This document shows, one piece after another, positions 9,996 to 19,707 of a DNA stretch of 64,000 nucleotides. Position 1 is the first letter of the stretch. The number at the start of each line of letters is the position of its first letter. The DNA is taken from positions 26 to 64,025 of the forward strand of contig JAKANS010000008.1 in assembly GCA_021823625.1 (NCBI GenBank), in the 5' to 3' direction. The stretch comes from a bacterium (GTDB taxonomy: Bacteria; Verrucomicrobiota; Verrucomicrobiia; Limisphaerales; J093). A program made the position numbers and the translations under genes. Below the pieces are notes generated by a model that saw only the letters and a list, made by a program, of their open reading frames with translations, ran no database searches and had not been told where the DNA came from.

Positions 9996-10985
9996 CGGAC
10001 GGAGAACGGGGCGAAGTACTTCTGCGGCGACATTCAGAAAGTAGCGATTTACCAGCGGTCGCTTACCGACGCCCAAATCTTCGACCGCATGTTCCAGGAC
10101 GAGACGACTGCCTTGGGCCTGACCGGCTACTACAAACTGGGCTACACCACCAACGAAGCTGTCCGCTTGAACAATTTCGCTCCGGGGCAGACCAATCACG
10201 GCACGAAGCAAGGTTCTGGCACGATCGCGTTCGAAGAGACAGACGAAGCCGGCGAGCAATCCATTTTCGATGCCCGCCAGAATGGCGGCGAGCAAGCCCT
10301 CGTGCCGTTGTCCGGCGCATTTTCCTGGGAACAAACCGCACTGGCCCAGCCGACACCGGGGATCGCGCTCGATTTTTGCTTTGGGTACAGCAGCGCCAAC
10401 GCCACTCCTGGCGCCAAGATTGGGTATCTCGATCTTTACGCGAATCCCGTCCTGGGGCTGGCCTGGCGGCACACGTTTGAAACGCGGATTGTCCCTGAGC
10501 CGCTGAGCGCCGAGCCGCGCGTTCCGAACTGGAACGGCGCGATCGAGACCTGGTTGTTCACCAACGACGTTTATCGCACGCGCCACGGCGAATACCGGGG
10601 CGAATTGGTCGCCACCAACGCCGGTTTCGAATGGACCACGCCGGAACGCCTCGTTTACCGCTTTCGCGATCTGAACCAGGGCCAGAACATGAGCGGGCGG
10701 CTCGACGAGATTCGCGACTTCAACGGGAATGCGGTGCGAATCCTCAGGGACGAAGGCGAGGGCATGATCACCAATGTCATCGATGCCGTCGGCGGACGCT
10801 ATGTCTTCAATTACGACCCCCGCCAACTCCTGATTAACCTCACCTTCGGCGCGTGGCAGGTGAACTTCGCCTACGACGCCACCAATCGCCTCGTTTCGAA
10901 AACGCTGACCAACACGGCCGGCGTTTACACCAACGTCAACACCACCTGGCAATTCCAATACGGCACCAACGGTCTGCTGGCGAAA
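9996..10985 (+). pseudogene. Internal fragment of a LamG/DUF6531/YD-repeat (RHS-like) protein
   Basis: YFCGDIQKVAIYQRSL (LamG tail) follows an in-frame TGA at 9993; then LGLAWRHTFE and YD repeats (GRLDEIRDFNGN, YDATNRLVS). Similarity ends abruptly near 10985. Confidence 0.7.
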
Positions 10986-11081
10986 GCCGGCGTCATACGG
11001 TTTGTGGGTGCGTGGCCTAGGCTGTGCACTTTCTTTTTCTGCCACTCCGCTTCCCTTGTCCACAAAATCGAAGAAAGCTCA
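10979..11081 (-). mobile_element. Remnant of an IS3-family left end with the start of orfA
   Basis: Minus strand TGAGCTTTCTTCGATTTTGTGGACA resembles IS3 inverted repeats, followed by RTHKPYDAGFRQ (like orfA RxYxxEFKxxAV). Confidence 0.5.
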
Positions 11082-11169
11082 CCGCCCTGGTCACGCCCGT
11101 CCCGTGGTCGCTACCACCGCCTCCGGCACGGTCTCCGCGCTCTCGTAGTTCTTTGATTCCCACCGCCAC

Positions 11170-11455
11170 TTACCCACGAAAAACCGCGAATATCCAATCC
11201 TTCGAGCGCACCGCGCCGTAATAGTGCGGCGACGCGTGGTGGTCGAAATAGACGTAGTACCATTCGCCGATCCGGATCGCCGACGGGCCTTCGACCCAGT
11301 CGCCCGTGAACGGCCCGGACGGTGGGCCGATGGCCCCGCGGCCTCGCGCGCGGTGGCGAACCGCAGGTTTTTCTTCAGCGGGTTCTTCCGCTCGTCCTTG
11401 AAGCGGAGGAAAAACGTGTCGCCAGCCTGCAACAGCCTGGCGTCGATGCAATTGA
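11170..11455 (-). pseudogene. Frameshifted C-terminal fragment of a GH43-like glycoside hydrolase
   Basis: FNCIDARLLQAGDTFFLRFKDERKNPLKKNLRFATA continues in another frame as GPFTGDWVEGPSAIRIGEWYYVYFDH...YYGAVRSKD; no N-terminus. Confidence 0.7.
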
Positions 11456-11478
11456 ACCTGGAAGCCGCCATTGAACCT

Positions 11479-11626
11479 CCCGCCAAACACGCGAAAACAA
11501 AGGGGCCATGATGGTCGGCGATGAAACGCCGACTTCACCCAACAGGTGAGCGATTCCCGCAGCGGAGACCTCGGTTCAATACTTTGCTTTTTTCGCATGT
11601 TTCGCGTGTTTCGCGTGTTTCGCGGG
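11479..11626. repeat. Element with inverted ends built from a TTTCGCGTG 9-mer
   Basis: Four tandem TTTCGC(A/G)(T/G)G units at 11591-11626; inverted partner CCCGCCAAACACGCGAAA at 11479-11496. Confidence 0.65.
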
Positions 11627-11671
11627 CAAGTTCCCGGCGACGGAAGCAGGTCAACTGCGATTTCCAAGTTG

Positions 11672-11862
11672 AATCCGAACTCCGAAATGGAATGGGGAAT
11701 GCGCCCGCCGCAGGCACTGTTTTCCGCGCCCTCGCGGAAAACTTTGGGCGCGCCGAAAAGTTTCCGGCTCCGGACTCCGGATGGATGCCCAAGGTACTGG
11801 ACGTGAAGGCGCGTCCACCGACGCCCAGGGCGGGCGTGCTCCCCAATCTCGAAGTTCGGGTT
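11672..11862. repeat. ~190 bp MITE-like palindromic element
   Basis: Imperfect terminal IRs AATCCGAACTCCGAAATGG / CCAATCTCGAAGTTCGGGTT, inner IR GGGGAATGCGCCCGCC / GGCGGGCGTGCTCCCC, and hairpin TTTTCCGCG-CCCT-CGCGGAAAA. Confidence 0.65.
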
Positions 11863-13172
11863 TAGCAGACCTTGCTTTTGCCCGGAACGGCCATGGGCGT
11901 GATGGGCAGTTTCATGTTCCAGGTGAGGTTGTCCGGCACAAACTTCTCTTCCAACTTGAGCGCCTGTTCCCACGTGATTTCCTGGCCGGTGTAAGCGGCG
12001 GTGCGGCCCATGATGGCCGCGAGGGTGCTCTGCGCCATGTAATCGCCGTTGTTGATGTAGTTGCCGCTCCGGATCGACGCGAACATCTCGTTGTGCTCGG
12101 TCTGGTACATGTCGTTGGGCTGGCCCCGATACCGCCAGGTCTCGGCCGCCTTGATGATCGGCGCCGACCAGCCCTTGATGGTGCCGTAGCCCTTTTCGCC
12201 CATGAGGTAGTCCGAGTTGTCGCTGTAGCAGTTCGTGATCTGGCGCTGGGCCATCGTCGCCCGCATGCCGCCTTCCCATTCGAAGAAGACGTCGATGTGA
12301 TCGAAGATGTTGCCTTCGTGGTTCGGGATCTGGCGGCCGCCGGTGGCCACGCAGCGCAGCGGCGGCACGTCCTTCATCGCCCACATGATCTTGTCGATGC
12401 TGTGGCAGGCCTGCTCGACCAGGCCGTCGCCGGAAAGCCACGTGAAATTGTACCAATTGCCAACCTGCCATTCGACATCGCCCATGCCGGCCGGGCGCGC
12501 GCTGGCGGGGGGCATCGGCTTGACCGGGCCGGTCAGGTAAGTGGCGTAAATCGCCCGGATTTCGCCCAGAGCGCCTTCGTGGACGCGCTTGTAGAATTCA
12601 CGCCGCGCCAGGTCATAGCGCCAGCAAAAGCCCGCCACGAGCGCGATCTTCTTTTGCTTGGACAGCTTGACCGATTCCATGACCGAACGAACGCCCGGCA
12701 CGTCCGAGGCCATCGGCTTTTCGCAAAAGATGTGTTTGCCCGCCTCCACGGCAGCGCGCAGGTGCTGCGGCCGGAAGCCGGGTGGCGTGGCCAGCAGCAC
12801 CACGTCCACGCCGCTGGCGATGACCTTTTGAAAGGCGTCCAGGCCGACGAAGATGTGGTCCGGGGCGACCTGTACCCGGTCCTGGATGGCGGCATTGTGC
12901 TTGAGCGCGTTGAGCGCGCCTTCGCAAGCGGTCCCGAACACGTCGCCGACCGCGGTGAGCACGACATTCTTGTCGGCGTTGAGGGCCTGGCCGGCGGCGC
13001 CGGTGCCCCGGCCGCCGCAACCGATGAGGCCCACCTTGAGGGTGTCGCTGTTGGCGGCGAAGAGCCGCGGCGCGAGGTTCGCCGCCAGAAAGGTCCCGGC
13101 GGCAGCCGCAGTGGAGGTTTTGAGGAAGTCGCGGCGCGAGGTCGCGAAAGAGGAGGCAAGGTTTGCGTTCAT
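11862..13172 (-). CDS. Tat-exported Gfo/Idh/MocA-family oxidoreductase
   Basis: SRRDFLK Tat motif, GLIGCGGRGTGA, ATPPGFRP, CEKP, EQACHSID. Confidence 0.92.
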   Translation of the reverse strand: MNANLASSFATSRRDFLKTSTAAAAGTFLAANLAPRLFAANSDTLKVGLIGCGGRGTGAAGQALNADKNVVLTAVGDVFGTACEGALNALKHNAAIQDRVQVAPDHIFVGLDAFQKVIASGVDVVLLATPPGFRPQHLRAAVEAGKHIFCEKPMASDVPGVRSVMESVKLSKQKKIALVAGFCWRYDLARREFYKRVHEGALGEIRAIYATYLTGPVKPMPPASARPAGMGDVEWQVGNWYNFTWLSGDGLVEQACHSIDKIMWAMKDVPPLRCVATGGRQIPNHEGNIFDHIDVFFEWEGGMRATMAQRQITNCYSDNSDYLMGEKGYGTIKGWSAPIIKAAETWRYRGQPNDMYQTEHNEMFASIRSGNYINNGDYMAQSTLAAIMGRTAAYTGQEITWEQALKLEEKFVPDNLTWNMKLPITPMAVPGKSKVC

Positions 13173-13291
13173 GATATTGGCGAATCGATGGCGGCAGTTA
13201 AGGCGAGTGGCGCAGGCTGGTCAAGTGCGACCGCAGGAGTGGCCACAATTTGCACTTGCCACGAATTCAAGGCAGGTTCATACGAAAAACT

Positions 13292-13636
13292 ATGAACGCC
13301 AGATCGAAACTCTCTTCAGTCTCCTTCGCTGGCGCGCGCTGCCTTAGCCTCGGCTTCGTGGTGGTCGGGTTGGCATTCGGCCTTACTCAAGAAGCCAGGG
13401 CCGGGACGGCGAAACCAGCGGCCACGAAGGCCGTCACAAAAGTAGCGCGAGTCAAGACCGCCACGAAGCCCCAAGAGGTGCTCCTCACCGGCTCCCGCAT
13501 CAAACGCGCGATCACGCAACCGAGCGAAATGCAGACGGCGATCCCTAGTTCACTTGTCGTCATCGACCAAGACGCCATACGCCGATCCGGCGCTTCGTCC
13601 CTCAGGGGCGTATTGATTCGGTACGGTGGCCGCTAG
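13292..13636 (+). CDS. Small secreted protein consisting of a TonB box and the start of a plug domain
   Basis: Hydrophobic signal ending ARA, Lys/Ala/Thr linker, then EVLLTGSRIKR...LVVIDQDAIRRSGASSLRGVL. Confidence 0.7.
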   Translation: MNARSKLSSVSFAGARCLSLGFVVVGLAFGLTQEARAGTAKPAATKAVTKVARVKTATKPQEVLLTGSRIKRAITQPSEMQTAIPSSLVVIDQDAIRRSGASSLRGVLIRYGGR

Positions 13637-13816
13637 AGCCTGACTCGCGGTTGGGACCATGGAAACTTGGCGAGTGGCCCCCTACACGCCCGGCCCGGAC
13701 CGTGGACCAGAGGCTGCGTCAGGGCATAGCTGATCGCGTTGGCTGTTGCTGGAGGGCTGTCGGCGCTACCTTGGCTCTCCGGTAAGACTCGCAACCTGAC
13801 CGAGACCTTCAGCCCC

Positions 13817-13850
13817 AATAGAAAGGCCGGAGCCATAACCGGCTCCGGCC
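13817..13850 (-). terminator. Intrinsic terminator after the TonB-dependent receptor
   Basis: 10 bp stem GGCCGGAGCC/GGCTCCGGCC, 6 nt loop, then TTTCTATT on the minus strand. Confidence 0.75.
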
Positions 13851-13871
13851 GCTCTCGATCTGACCGGCGAA

Positions 13872-16800
13872 TTAAAATTTCTTCGCGACCTCGACGTAGA
13901 AGAATCGACCGAGGAGGTCGTAGGTAGATTTGTCCGTGTTGTCCTCGGAGGAAGACGGGATCATCGGCGCGAGGTTGTCCGTAATGTTGTTCATGCCGAC
14001 CGCGATGCGAGTGTTGTCGTACCAGCGTCCACCAGTATCGCTCCGGAATTCATAGGCCGCTTGGAGATCCACCGAGTACCAACTGTCGATCGTCCATGCC
14101 TCGCCGCTGAGCGTATAATCGTTCGCGGGATACCCGCCAGCACCCGGGTGCATGTCGCCGGGGTCGACGACCGGTGGTACATACCGCGCGAACACGCTGA
14201 ACTCGAAGTTCTTGTACTCCCAACTCAAGCTCGTGTTGACGAAGTAGTCTGGCAACGTCCCGTTGTACCCGGAGACGACCTGGGGATCGGTGTAATAGCC
14301 GTTATAGCGCCACCACTCGGCACCCGGGCCGGCGCGGAAATAATAGCCGGTGAGAACATTGGCGTTACCAGTGAGGGTAAACGTGCCGTACGACTCCGTA
14401 GGTTTACGGTAATTAACGCCGAAGTCCAAGCCATCCGTCTTCTGTCCGCCACCGGGTAGGGTCGGAACGACCAACGTGCCGAAGTTCGCCAGTGTTACCT
14501 GATTGGGTGCAGTTGAGGTCAACCGCGAGCCGTCCGCGAAGCGGTACCCGCTCGCCCACTCGGAAGCTAAGCCGACCTCGTTCAGGCCGGCGATCATGCT
14601 ATTCGGGTCTGGGTTGTACGCCGTACCATCCTCCGAGATATGATAGTACTCCACGCTGAGCGTCAGACCACGAATCGCTTTCGGCTCAAAGACTACGCCG
14701 GCTGTGTATTGAGAGGACATGGTCGGCGCTAGGTTCGGGTTCGAAGGATACGAAACCTGGATTTGCCCGCTCTGGCCTTGGATGCTTGCCGTTGGGTTGC
14801 TCGCCTGGGTCGGCCCGTACAGGCTGTAAACCGAAGGGGCGATGTAGCCTTCCGAATAGGTACCGCGGAAGGTCACTTGCTCGTCGATCGGCTGCCAGCG
14901 AAAACCAACCTTGGGCACCGCCGCGTCGCCACCCGGAGTCAAGGTCTCGTAACGGCCCGATGCGTCGATTTCGAAGGCGTGGAAGCCGACGATGTTCTTG
15001 TCTTGGGAGAAGACCGGAATGCGGACTTCGGCGTAACCCGCCCAGCGATTTCGTTTGCCACCGGGGAAGGCGCCGACGGCGTTCAATCCTGGCACCAAGT
15101 TGTTCTTGGTCAGGCCATCGTAGTCCAAGGACAATGACTCATCGATGTACTGGAAGCCGGCCGCAAACTGGAACGGACCCGCCGGCAGGTCGAATGGTTG
15201 ACCGTTGATGTGGCCGTCCACGCTCCAGAGATCGGAAACGCCGGTTTCGAACAGTGTGGTCCGTAGCGCGTTGATCGTCGCTGGATCGTTGACTCCCGGA
15301 AGCGCGAAGATGTTGTAGGTCGGCAATGGGACGCCGCCGTTAAAGGCATCGGTCAACTTGCTGAGTTTGCCGCTGGGATCGGCCGCGAAGTCAGGCTGAA
15401 GTGCGGAGTTCAACGCGGCGCCGTTGACGGCGTTGCGGGTGTATTGGGTCGCGTCGCTGCGGTTAAAGTTGTAGGAACCTTCCCAACTGTACCGATCACT
15501 GATTTCGCCCCGGAATCCGCCGACAAACTTGTAGTACTGACTTTCCGAGTCGAACACGCGATTGCCGAAGTCCTCGAAACGCGAGCGGACGCGCGGATCC
15601 CCAGATCCGCCGTAAGCACCCAGGTCGATGCCGAACGGGTTGTACGGGTTGTTCCCCGGAACCGAGATATTGTAAGGGCCGAGGAAGGGCACCGGCGACG
15701 GGGCCAGTTCACCAATGCTGGAGGTGTTCGCGTACATGAACTGACTGAACAGATCCAGTTTCTTGTCCGCGAAGATCTCGTGGTTGAGATTGGCGAAGAA
15801 GTTCCGGCGGTCTTGCTCCTGGATGGAGTAAGTGCCAAAATCGGTCGTGTTGAGCAGCGGGTAGCCGCCGACGCCGGCAGCATCGAGCCCACTCCCGAGC
15901 GGCGTACTGCTTAGCGGTAGGTAAGGCATGTAGCCGAGTTGTGTCTGCGCCGCGGCATTGTACGCATCCACCGAGGTGAATGGCCCGCCACTTACGATCG
16001 GCGGCGTCGTAACTGTTGCGTTGTATCCTGGGGCTCCCTTGGCGAAGGGAGAGCCGGCGAGAATGTAGTTCCCGATGCGGCCCGGATAGGACGGACTGAT
16101 GTAGGATGGCGGCGGCAACCCGCGATCATTCAGTTGAGAAATGCCTAAGGCGGCCGGATCGGGCCGATCTTTGGTGAGCAACGGATCGTTGTGGTAATAG
16201 CTGGCACCCATCGTGATCGAGGTCTTCTCCGTGGACGAACCAGCCACGATGGAGGTTCTGTATTCCGTGTAATTGCCCTGGCCGGTGGCGGCTCCGTAGC
16301 GCCCCGAAATCTCGACGCCGTTGTAGTCCTTCTTGGTGATGATGTTCACCACGCCGCCAATCGCGTCGGCACCATAGAGGGACGACGCCCCGTCCTTGAG
16401 AACCTCGATCCGCTCGATCATGGAGAGCGGGATGGTGTTCAGGTCCACCGCGGCGCCCTTACTGAACACTGAGTTCGCCAGTCGCTGACCATCTAGCAGC
16501 ACCAATGTGCTGAGGTTCCGGACCGCGATATTCGCCTCACCGTAACCGCCGTTATTTAACGTCTTGCCGATGTTGCCAGCACCCGAGAACGAGGAACTGA
16601 CCTTTTTGAGGGCATCCAACACGTCGGTGGCACCACTACTTTGAATGACTTCCGCCGAGACTATCTCGACGGGCGCAGCGGGAATCGCATCTGGGGCAGT
16701 CGGAATGTTGGAGCCGGTGACAATCACCTTTTCCATCTTTTCGGGTTGACCGGCCGGCTGAGCGGCCGGCGGGGCCGCGTCTTGGGCGAGCGCGGGGAGG

Positions 16801-16880
16801 CCGACCGCAGGTACTCCGAGAATCACAGAGCACGCCAGCGGGAGGGCACGGTTGCGTTGAGTTCGGGGTTTTCTCTTCAT
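13872..16880 (-). CDS. TonB-dependent outer membrane receptor
   Basis: Signal peptide ending PALA|Q, TonB box EKVIVTGSNI, IERIEVLKDGASSLYGADAIGGVVNIITK, C-terminal GRFFYVEVAKKF. Start ATG 16880. Confidence 0.95.
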   Translation of the reverse strand: MKRKPRTQRNRALPLACSVILGVPAVGLPALAQDAAPPAAQPAGQPEKMEKVIVTGSNIPTAPDAIPAAPVEIVSAEVIQSSGATDVLDALKKVSSSFSGAGNIGKTLNNGGYGEANIAVRNLSTLVLLDGQRLANSVFSKGAAVDLNTIPLSMIERIEVLKDGASSLYGADAIGGVVNIITKKDYNGVEISGRYGAATGQGNYTEYRTSIVAGSSTEKTSITMGASYYHNDPLLTKDRPDPAALGISQLNDRGLPPPSYISPSYPGRIGNYILAGSPFAKGAPGYNATVTTPPIVSGGPFTSVDAYNAAAQTQLGYMPYLPLSSTPLGSGLDAAGVGGYPLLNTTDFGTYSIQEQDRRNFFANLNHEIFADKKLDLFSQFMYANTSSIGELAPSPVPFLGPYNISVPGNNPYNPFGIDLGAYGGSGDPRVRSRFEDFGNRVFDSESQYYKFVGGFRGEISDRYSWEGSYNFNRSDATQYTRNAVNGAALNSALQPDFAADPSGKLSKLTDAFNGGVPLPTYNIFALPGVNDPATINALRTTLFETGVSDLWSVDGHINGQPFDLPAGPFQFAAGFQYIDESLSLDYDGLTKNNLVPGLNAVGAFPGGKRNRWAGYAEVRIPVFSQDKNIVGFHAFEIDASGRYETLTPGGDAAVPKVGFRWQPIDEQVTFRGTYSEGYIAPSVYSLYGPTQASNPTASIQGQSGQIQVSYPSNPNLAPTMSSQYTAGVVFEPKAIRGLTLSVEYYHISEDGTAYNPDPNSMIAGLNEVGLASEWASGYRFADGSRLTSTAPNQVTLANFGTLVVPTLPGGGQKTDGLDFGVNYRKPTESYGTFTLTGNANVLTGYYFRAGPGAEWWRYNGYYTDPQVVSGYNGTLPDYFVNTSLSWEYKNFEFSVFARYVPPVVDPGDMHPGAGGYPANDYTLSGEAWTIDSWYSVDLQAAYEFRSDTGGRWYDNTRIAVGMNNITDNLAPMIPSSSEDNTDKSTYDLLGRFFYVEVAKKF

Positions 16881-17237
16881 AAGAGTTGGGCTGTCGGTTT
16901 TTTTGTGCGTTTTAACGCGAACGACTGTTTGGACAGACCGCGGTTTAGGCCAACCGTCCGGGCCGGACAAGGAAAAAATGACGGGAACGTAACGGGTTGT
17001 TGACGTAACGGAAACAAGTCGCCTGCGAAACCGAACCCGGCAACGCCCTTCCGGCGGCACCTTTTGCCCCAATTCCGATCGTCGATTGGAGGTGCCACCC
17101 GGCGCGAGTTCGGCCCCCAACCGCGCGGTCGTGCCCGCCGGTTGTTTTCCCCGATGCCGCCCGTCGGCGCGCCCGGCTGCTTGCCCGCGGCCCGCCAGCC
17201 ACGGCACCGCGACGGAGTGCTTCGGCGCGCCCTTAAA

Positions 17238-17267
17238 CGAAAAGGCGAACGGAGCAGCCGTTCGCCT
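17238..17267 (-). terminator. Intrinsic terminator
   Basis: Stem AGGCGAACGG/CCGTTCGCCT followed by a T-run on the minus strand, downstream of the gene ending at 17302. Confidence 0.65.
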
Positions 17268-17301
17268 CGCCTTCGAATGGTCGCCCGCGCGGGATCGGGG
17301 C

Positions 17302-18150
17302 CTACACTTTGCCCATCTTCTTCAACGCCGCGTAGCAACGCGCCACGGTCGCGAGCGGTTCCTGGCTGCTCTCGTGCTCGACCACGTACACCTGCGTGCC
17401 GCCTTTGCTTTCGCACCAGGCAAACACCGCCGGCCAATCGACCTTGTCCTCGCCATAAACCGCTTCGGGGCCGCCGCCGCTGGCCTTGATGTGGATGCTC
17501 CGGGCACGGCCGGGGTATTTCTTGAGCACCGCCACCGGATCGGCGCCGCCGTCGCGGCAGTTGCTGGTGTCGAGTTGCATGATGACTTCGGGCTGGGTGT
17601 TGCCGAAGAAAAGGTTCCAGGCGGTCTCGCCTTCGAACTTCTCGAAGTCGTGCGCGTGCGCGTGGTAACCGACCGACATGCCGTGCGGCTTCACCTTGCC
17701 GGCGACGTCGTTGAAGAGCTTCGCCTTGTCGAGCCACGCCTGCTTGGACTTGTTCTCCATCCAGGGAACGATGAGGAACTTGTTCCCGATGAGGCCGTTG
17801 AACTCGATTGTGTCGGTCAGCTTGTCCGACAGGATCGTTTCCAACGGCGTGTGCGTGCCGCAGCATTTAAGGCCATTATCGTCGAGCAGCTTTCGGAGGT
17901 CTTTCGCGCTGCGTCCGTGGTAGCCGGCGAACTCGACGTTTTGGTAGCCGATCTTCGCCACTGCGGCGAGCGTGCCGGGCAGGTCCTTGGCGCACTGCTC
18001 GCGGACAGAGTAAAGCTGCAGGCCCACGGGGATCTTGCGGGCCGCGGCGGCTTGCACGGCCTGGGCGCCGAGCGCCAGGCCGGCGGTGCCCCAGGCGGCG
18101 CGTTGAAGAAAGCGGCGACGATCAAGCTCGGATGGGAACGGAGTCTTCAT
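17302..18150 (-). CDS. Tat-exported sugar phosphate isomerase/epimerase (AP endonuclease 2 TIM barrel)
   Basis: DRRRFLQ, GLQLYSVRE, VEFAGY, YHAH, QLDT, IHIK, VEHE. Confidence 0.9.
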   Translation of the reverse strand: MKTPFPSELDRRRFLQRAAWGTAGLALGAQAVQAAAARKIPVGLQLYSVREQCAKDLPGTLAAVAKIGYQNVEFAGYHGRSAKDLRKLLDDNGLKCCGTHTPLETILSDKLTDTIEFNGLIGNKFLIVPWMENKSKQAWLDKAKLFNDVAGKVKPHGMSVGYHAHAHDFEKFEGETAWNLFFGNTQPEVIMQLDTSNCRDGGADPVAVLKKYPGRARSIHIKASGGGPEAVYGEDKVDWPAVFAWCESKGGTQVYVVEHESSQEPLATVARCYAALKKMGKV

Positions 18151-18243
18151 AGGCAAACGATTGTGTTGATGCGCTGAACGCTGTGTCGGTCGGCACGCTA
18201 GGCAGGTGGGCGCCCACCGTCAAGCGGACGCGCAGGCAGGCGA

Positions 18244-18327
18244 TGTTCCGATTTCAAATGGGTGGCTGCGCCGCTGCGGCGGCGCAGGGCGGTGCGGCAG
18301 CACTGCCACCACCAAACCAAGATACTA
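18244..18327. repeat. Dispersed ~85 bp repeat, copy 2
   Basis: GATTTCAAATGGGTGGCTGCGCCGCTGCGGCGGCGCAGGGCGGTGCGGCAGCACTGCC matches 2994-3051. Confidence 0.8.
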
Positions 18328-18417
18328 CCGCACCGGCACTTGGCTGCCAAAGGTGCTGGGTGGGCTCAGACTGCCCGCCATCATGCAAGAGCAAGGCCAT
18401 TGGCGTTTCCGGGATAG

Positions 18418-18706
18418 GCCGCAAGGCGCCTGGGTGGACACGCCGGAGCAGACCTGGAACGCCAAGAGCGGACCGGACAACGTCCCCGGGGTGGTCGCCC
18501 AGATCAAGCAGGCCCGCGCCAAAGGCCACGGCATCCTGGGCATGAAACTCATCGGCAACGGCGAGTTCACCCAGGCCGAGGACCGCGAGAAGGCGATGCA
18601 GTTCGTGATGAAATCCAACCTGTGCGACGCGGCCGTGGTGGGGTTCAAGAGCACCGCCGAGATTGACGAGACCATCGAACGGATGAACCGCGCCCTGGCG
18701 GCGTGA
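18418..18706 (+). pseudogene. C-terminal fragment of an aldo/keto reductase-like gene
   Basis: PQGAWVD...VVAQIKQARAKGHGILGMKLIGNG...AVVGFKSTAEIDE; the N-terminal two-thirds is missing and repeat DNA lies upstream. Confidence 0.65.
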
Positions 18707-18758
18707 GCGCGGAACGCTGCTGCTGGCTCGGACCGCTTGCAGCGGAGCGTTCAGCGCC

Positions 18759-19610
18759 TCACACCACAAACTCCAACTCCGGCGCACGCGGGATCAAGCC
18801 TTGCGCCGCGCCGTGACCCAGGAAGCGGCGGATGCTCTTCTGGCCGCGCTCGCCGTAAGCCAGCGTCCAGTGGTTGACGTACATGCCCACGAACCGGTCG
18901 GCGAGGTCGCGGCCCATGTCGCGCGCGTACTGGAGCGCGTGCTGGACGGCGTCGGCGCGGTGGTCGAGGCTGAACTGGATGCTCGCGGTCAGGATGTCCG
19001 AGACGGTTTTCCGCACTGCGGGCGCGTGGCGTTTGTGGATCACGTTTCCGCCCAGCGGCAATGGCAGGCCGTCGTTCTCGCGCCCCCACCAAACGCCGAG
19101 GTCCTCGCACACGACCAGGCCTTCGTTTTGCCAGGTGAGCTGGCCTTCGTGGATGATCAGGCCCACGTCCGCCCGGCCCGACTTGACCGCGGCGAAAATC
19201 TGGTCGAACGGCACGACGACGCAGTTGAGTTCGCGGGCCGGTTTGCCGAGCCAGAGTTGCAGCGCCAGGAAGGCGCTGGTCATGGTGCCCGGCACGGCGA
19301 TGCATTGCTGCGAGATTTCGTCGCGGGTGAAGCGCCGTTTGGCCACCAGCATCGGCCCGTAGCCGTCGCCCATGCTCGCGCCGCTGGGCAGCAGGGCGTA
19401 TTGGTCGCACACGTAGGCGTAGGCGTGAATGCTGATGGCGGTGATGTCCAGTTCGCCGCGCGTGGCACGCTCGTTCAGCGTTTGAATGTCCTGGAGAATG
19501 TGCTCGAAGCGCCAGCCGGGCGTCGGGATCAAGTCCTTCGCGAGGGTGTAGAACATGAAGGCGTCGTCCGGATCGGGCGAGTGGCCAAGCGTCAAGGTCC
19601 GCGATTCCAT
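18759..19610 (-). CDS. mqnD: 1,4-dihydroxy-6-naphthoate synthase (MqnA/MqnD family, futalosine pathway)
   Basis: LGHSPDPDDAFMFY, DIQTLN, GDGYGP, IIHEGQLT, LPLPLG, MYVN. Confidence 0.88.
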   Translation of the reverse strand: MESRTLTLGHSPDPDDAFMFYTLAKDLIPTPGWRFEHILQDIQTLNERATRGELDITAISIHAYAYVCDQYALLPSGASMGDGYGPMLVAKRRFTRDEISQQCIAVPGTMTSAFLALQLWLGKPARELNCVVVPFDQIFAAVKSGRADVGLIIHEGQLTWQNEGLVVCEDLGVWWGRENDGLPLPLGGNVIHKRHAPAVRKTVSDILTASIQFSLDHRADAVQHALQYARDMGRDLADRFVGMYVNHWTLAYGERGQKSIRRFLGHGAAQGLIPRAPELEFVV

Positions 19611-19707
19611 GCCGCCAAGGCTAGCCGCGCCGGGTGGATTGTCACGGGCGAAGGCGGCGGCGGACCCTTCCTTGTCACCCGGCCGCGGCATCCCTATCCT
19701 GCGCCGC

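Noticed and set aside
11591..11626. CRISPR array
   Set aside because: Only short tandem 9-mers with no unique spacers; no cas genes in the window.
16881..17237. Riboswitch (cobalamin or c-di-GMP) upstream of the TonB-dependent receptor
   Set aside because: Isolated words (GGCAAA, GGCCTAAAC) occur but not in the required order and spacing. An Rfam scan would settle it.
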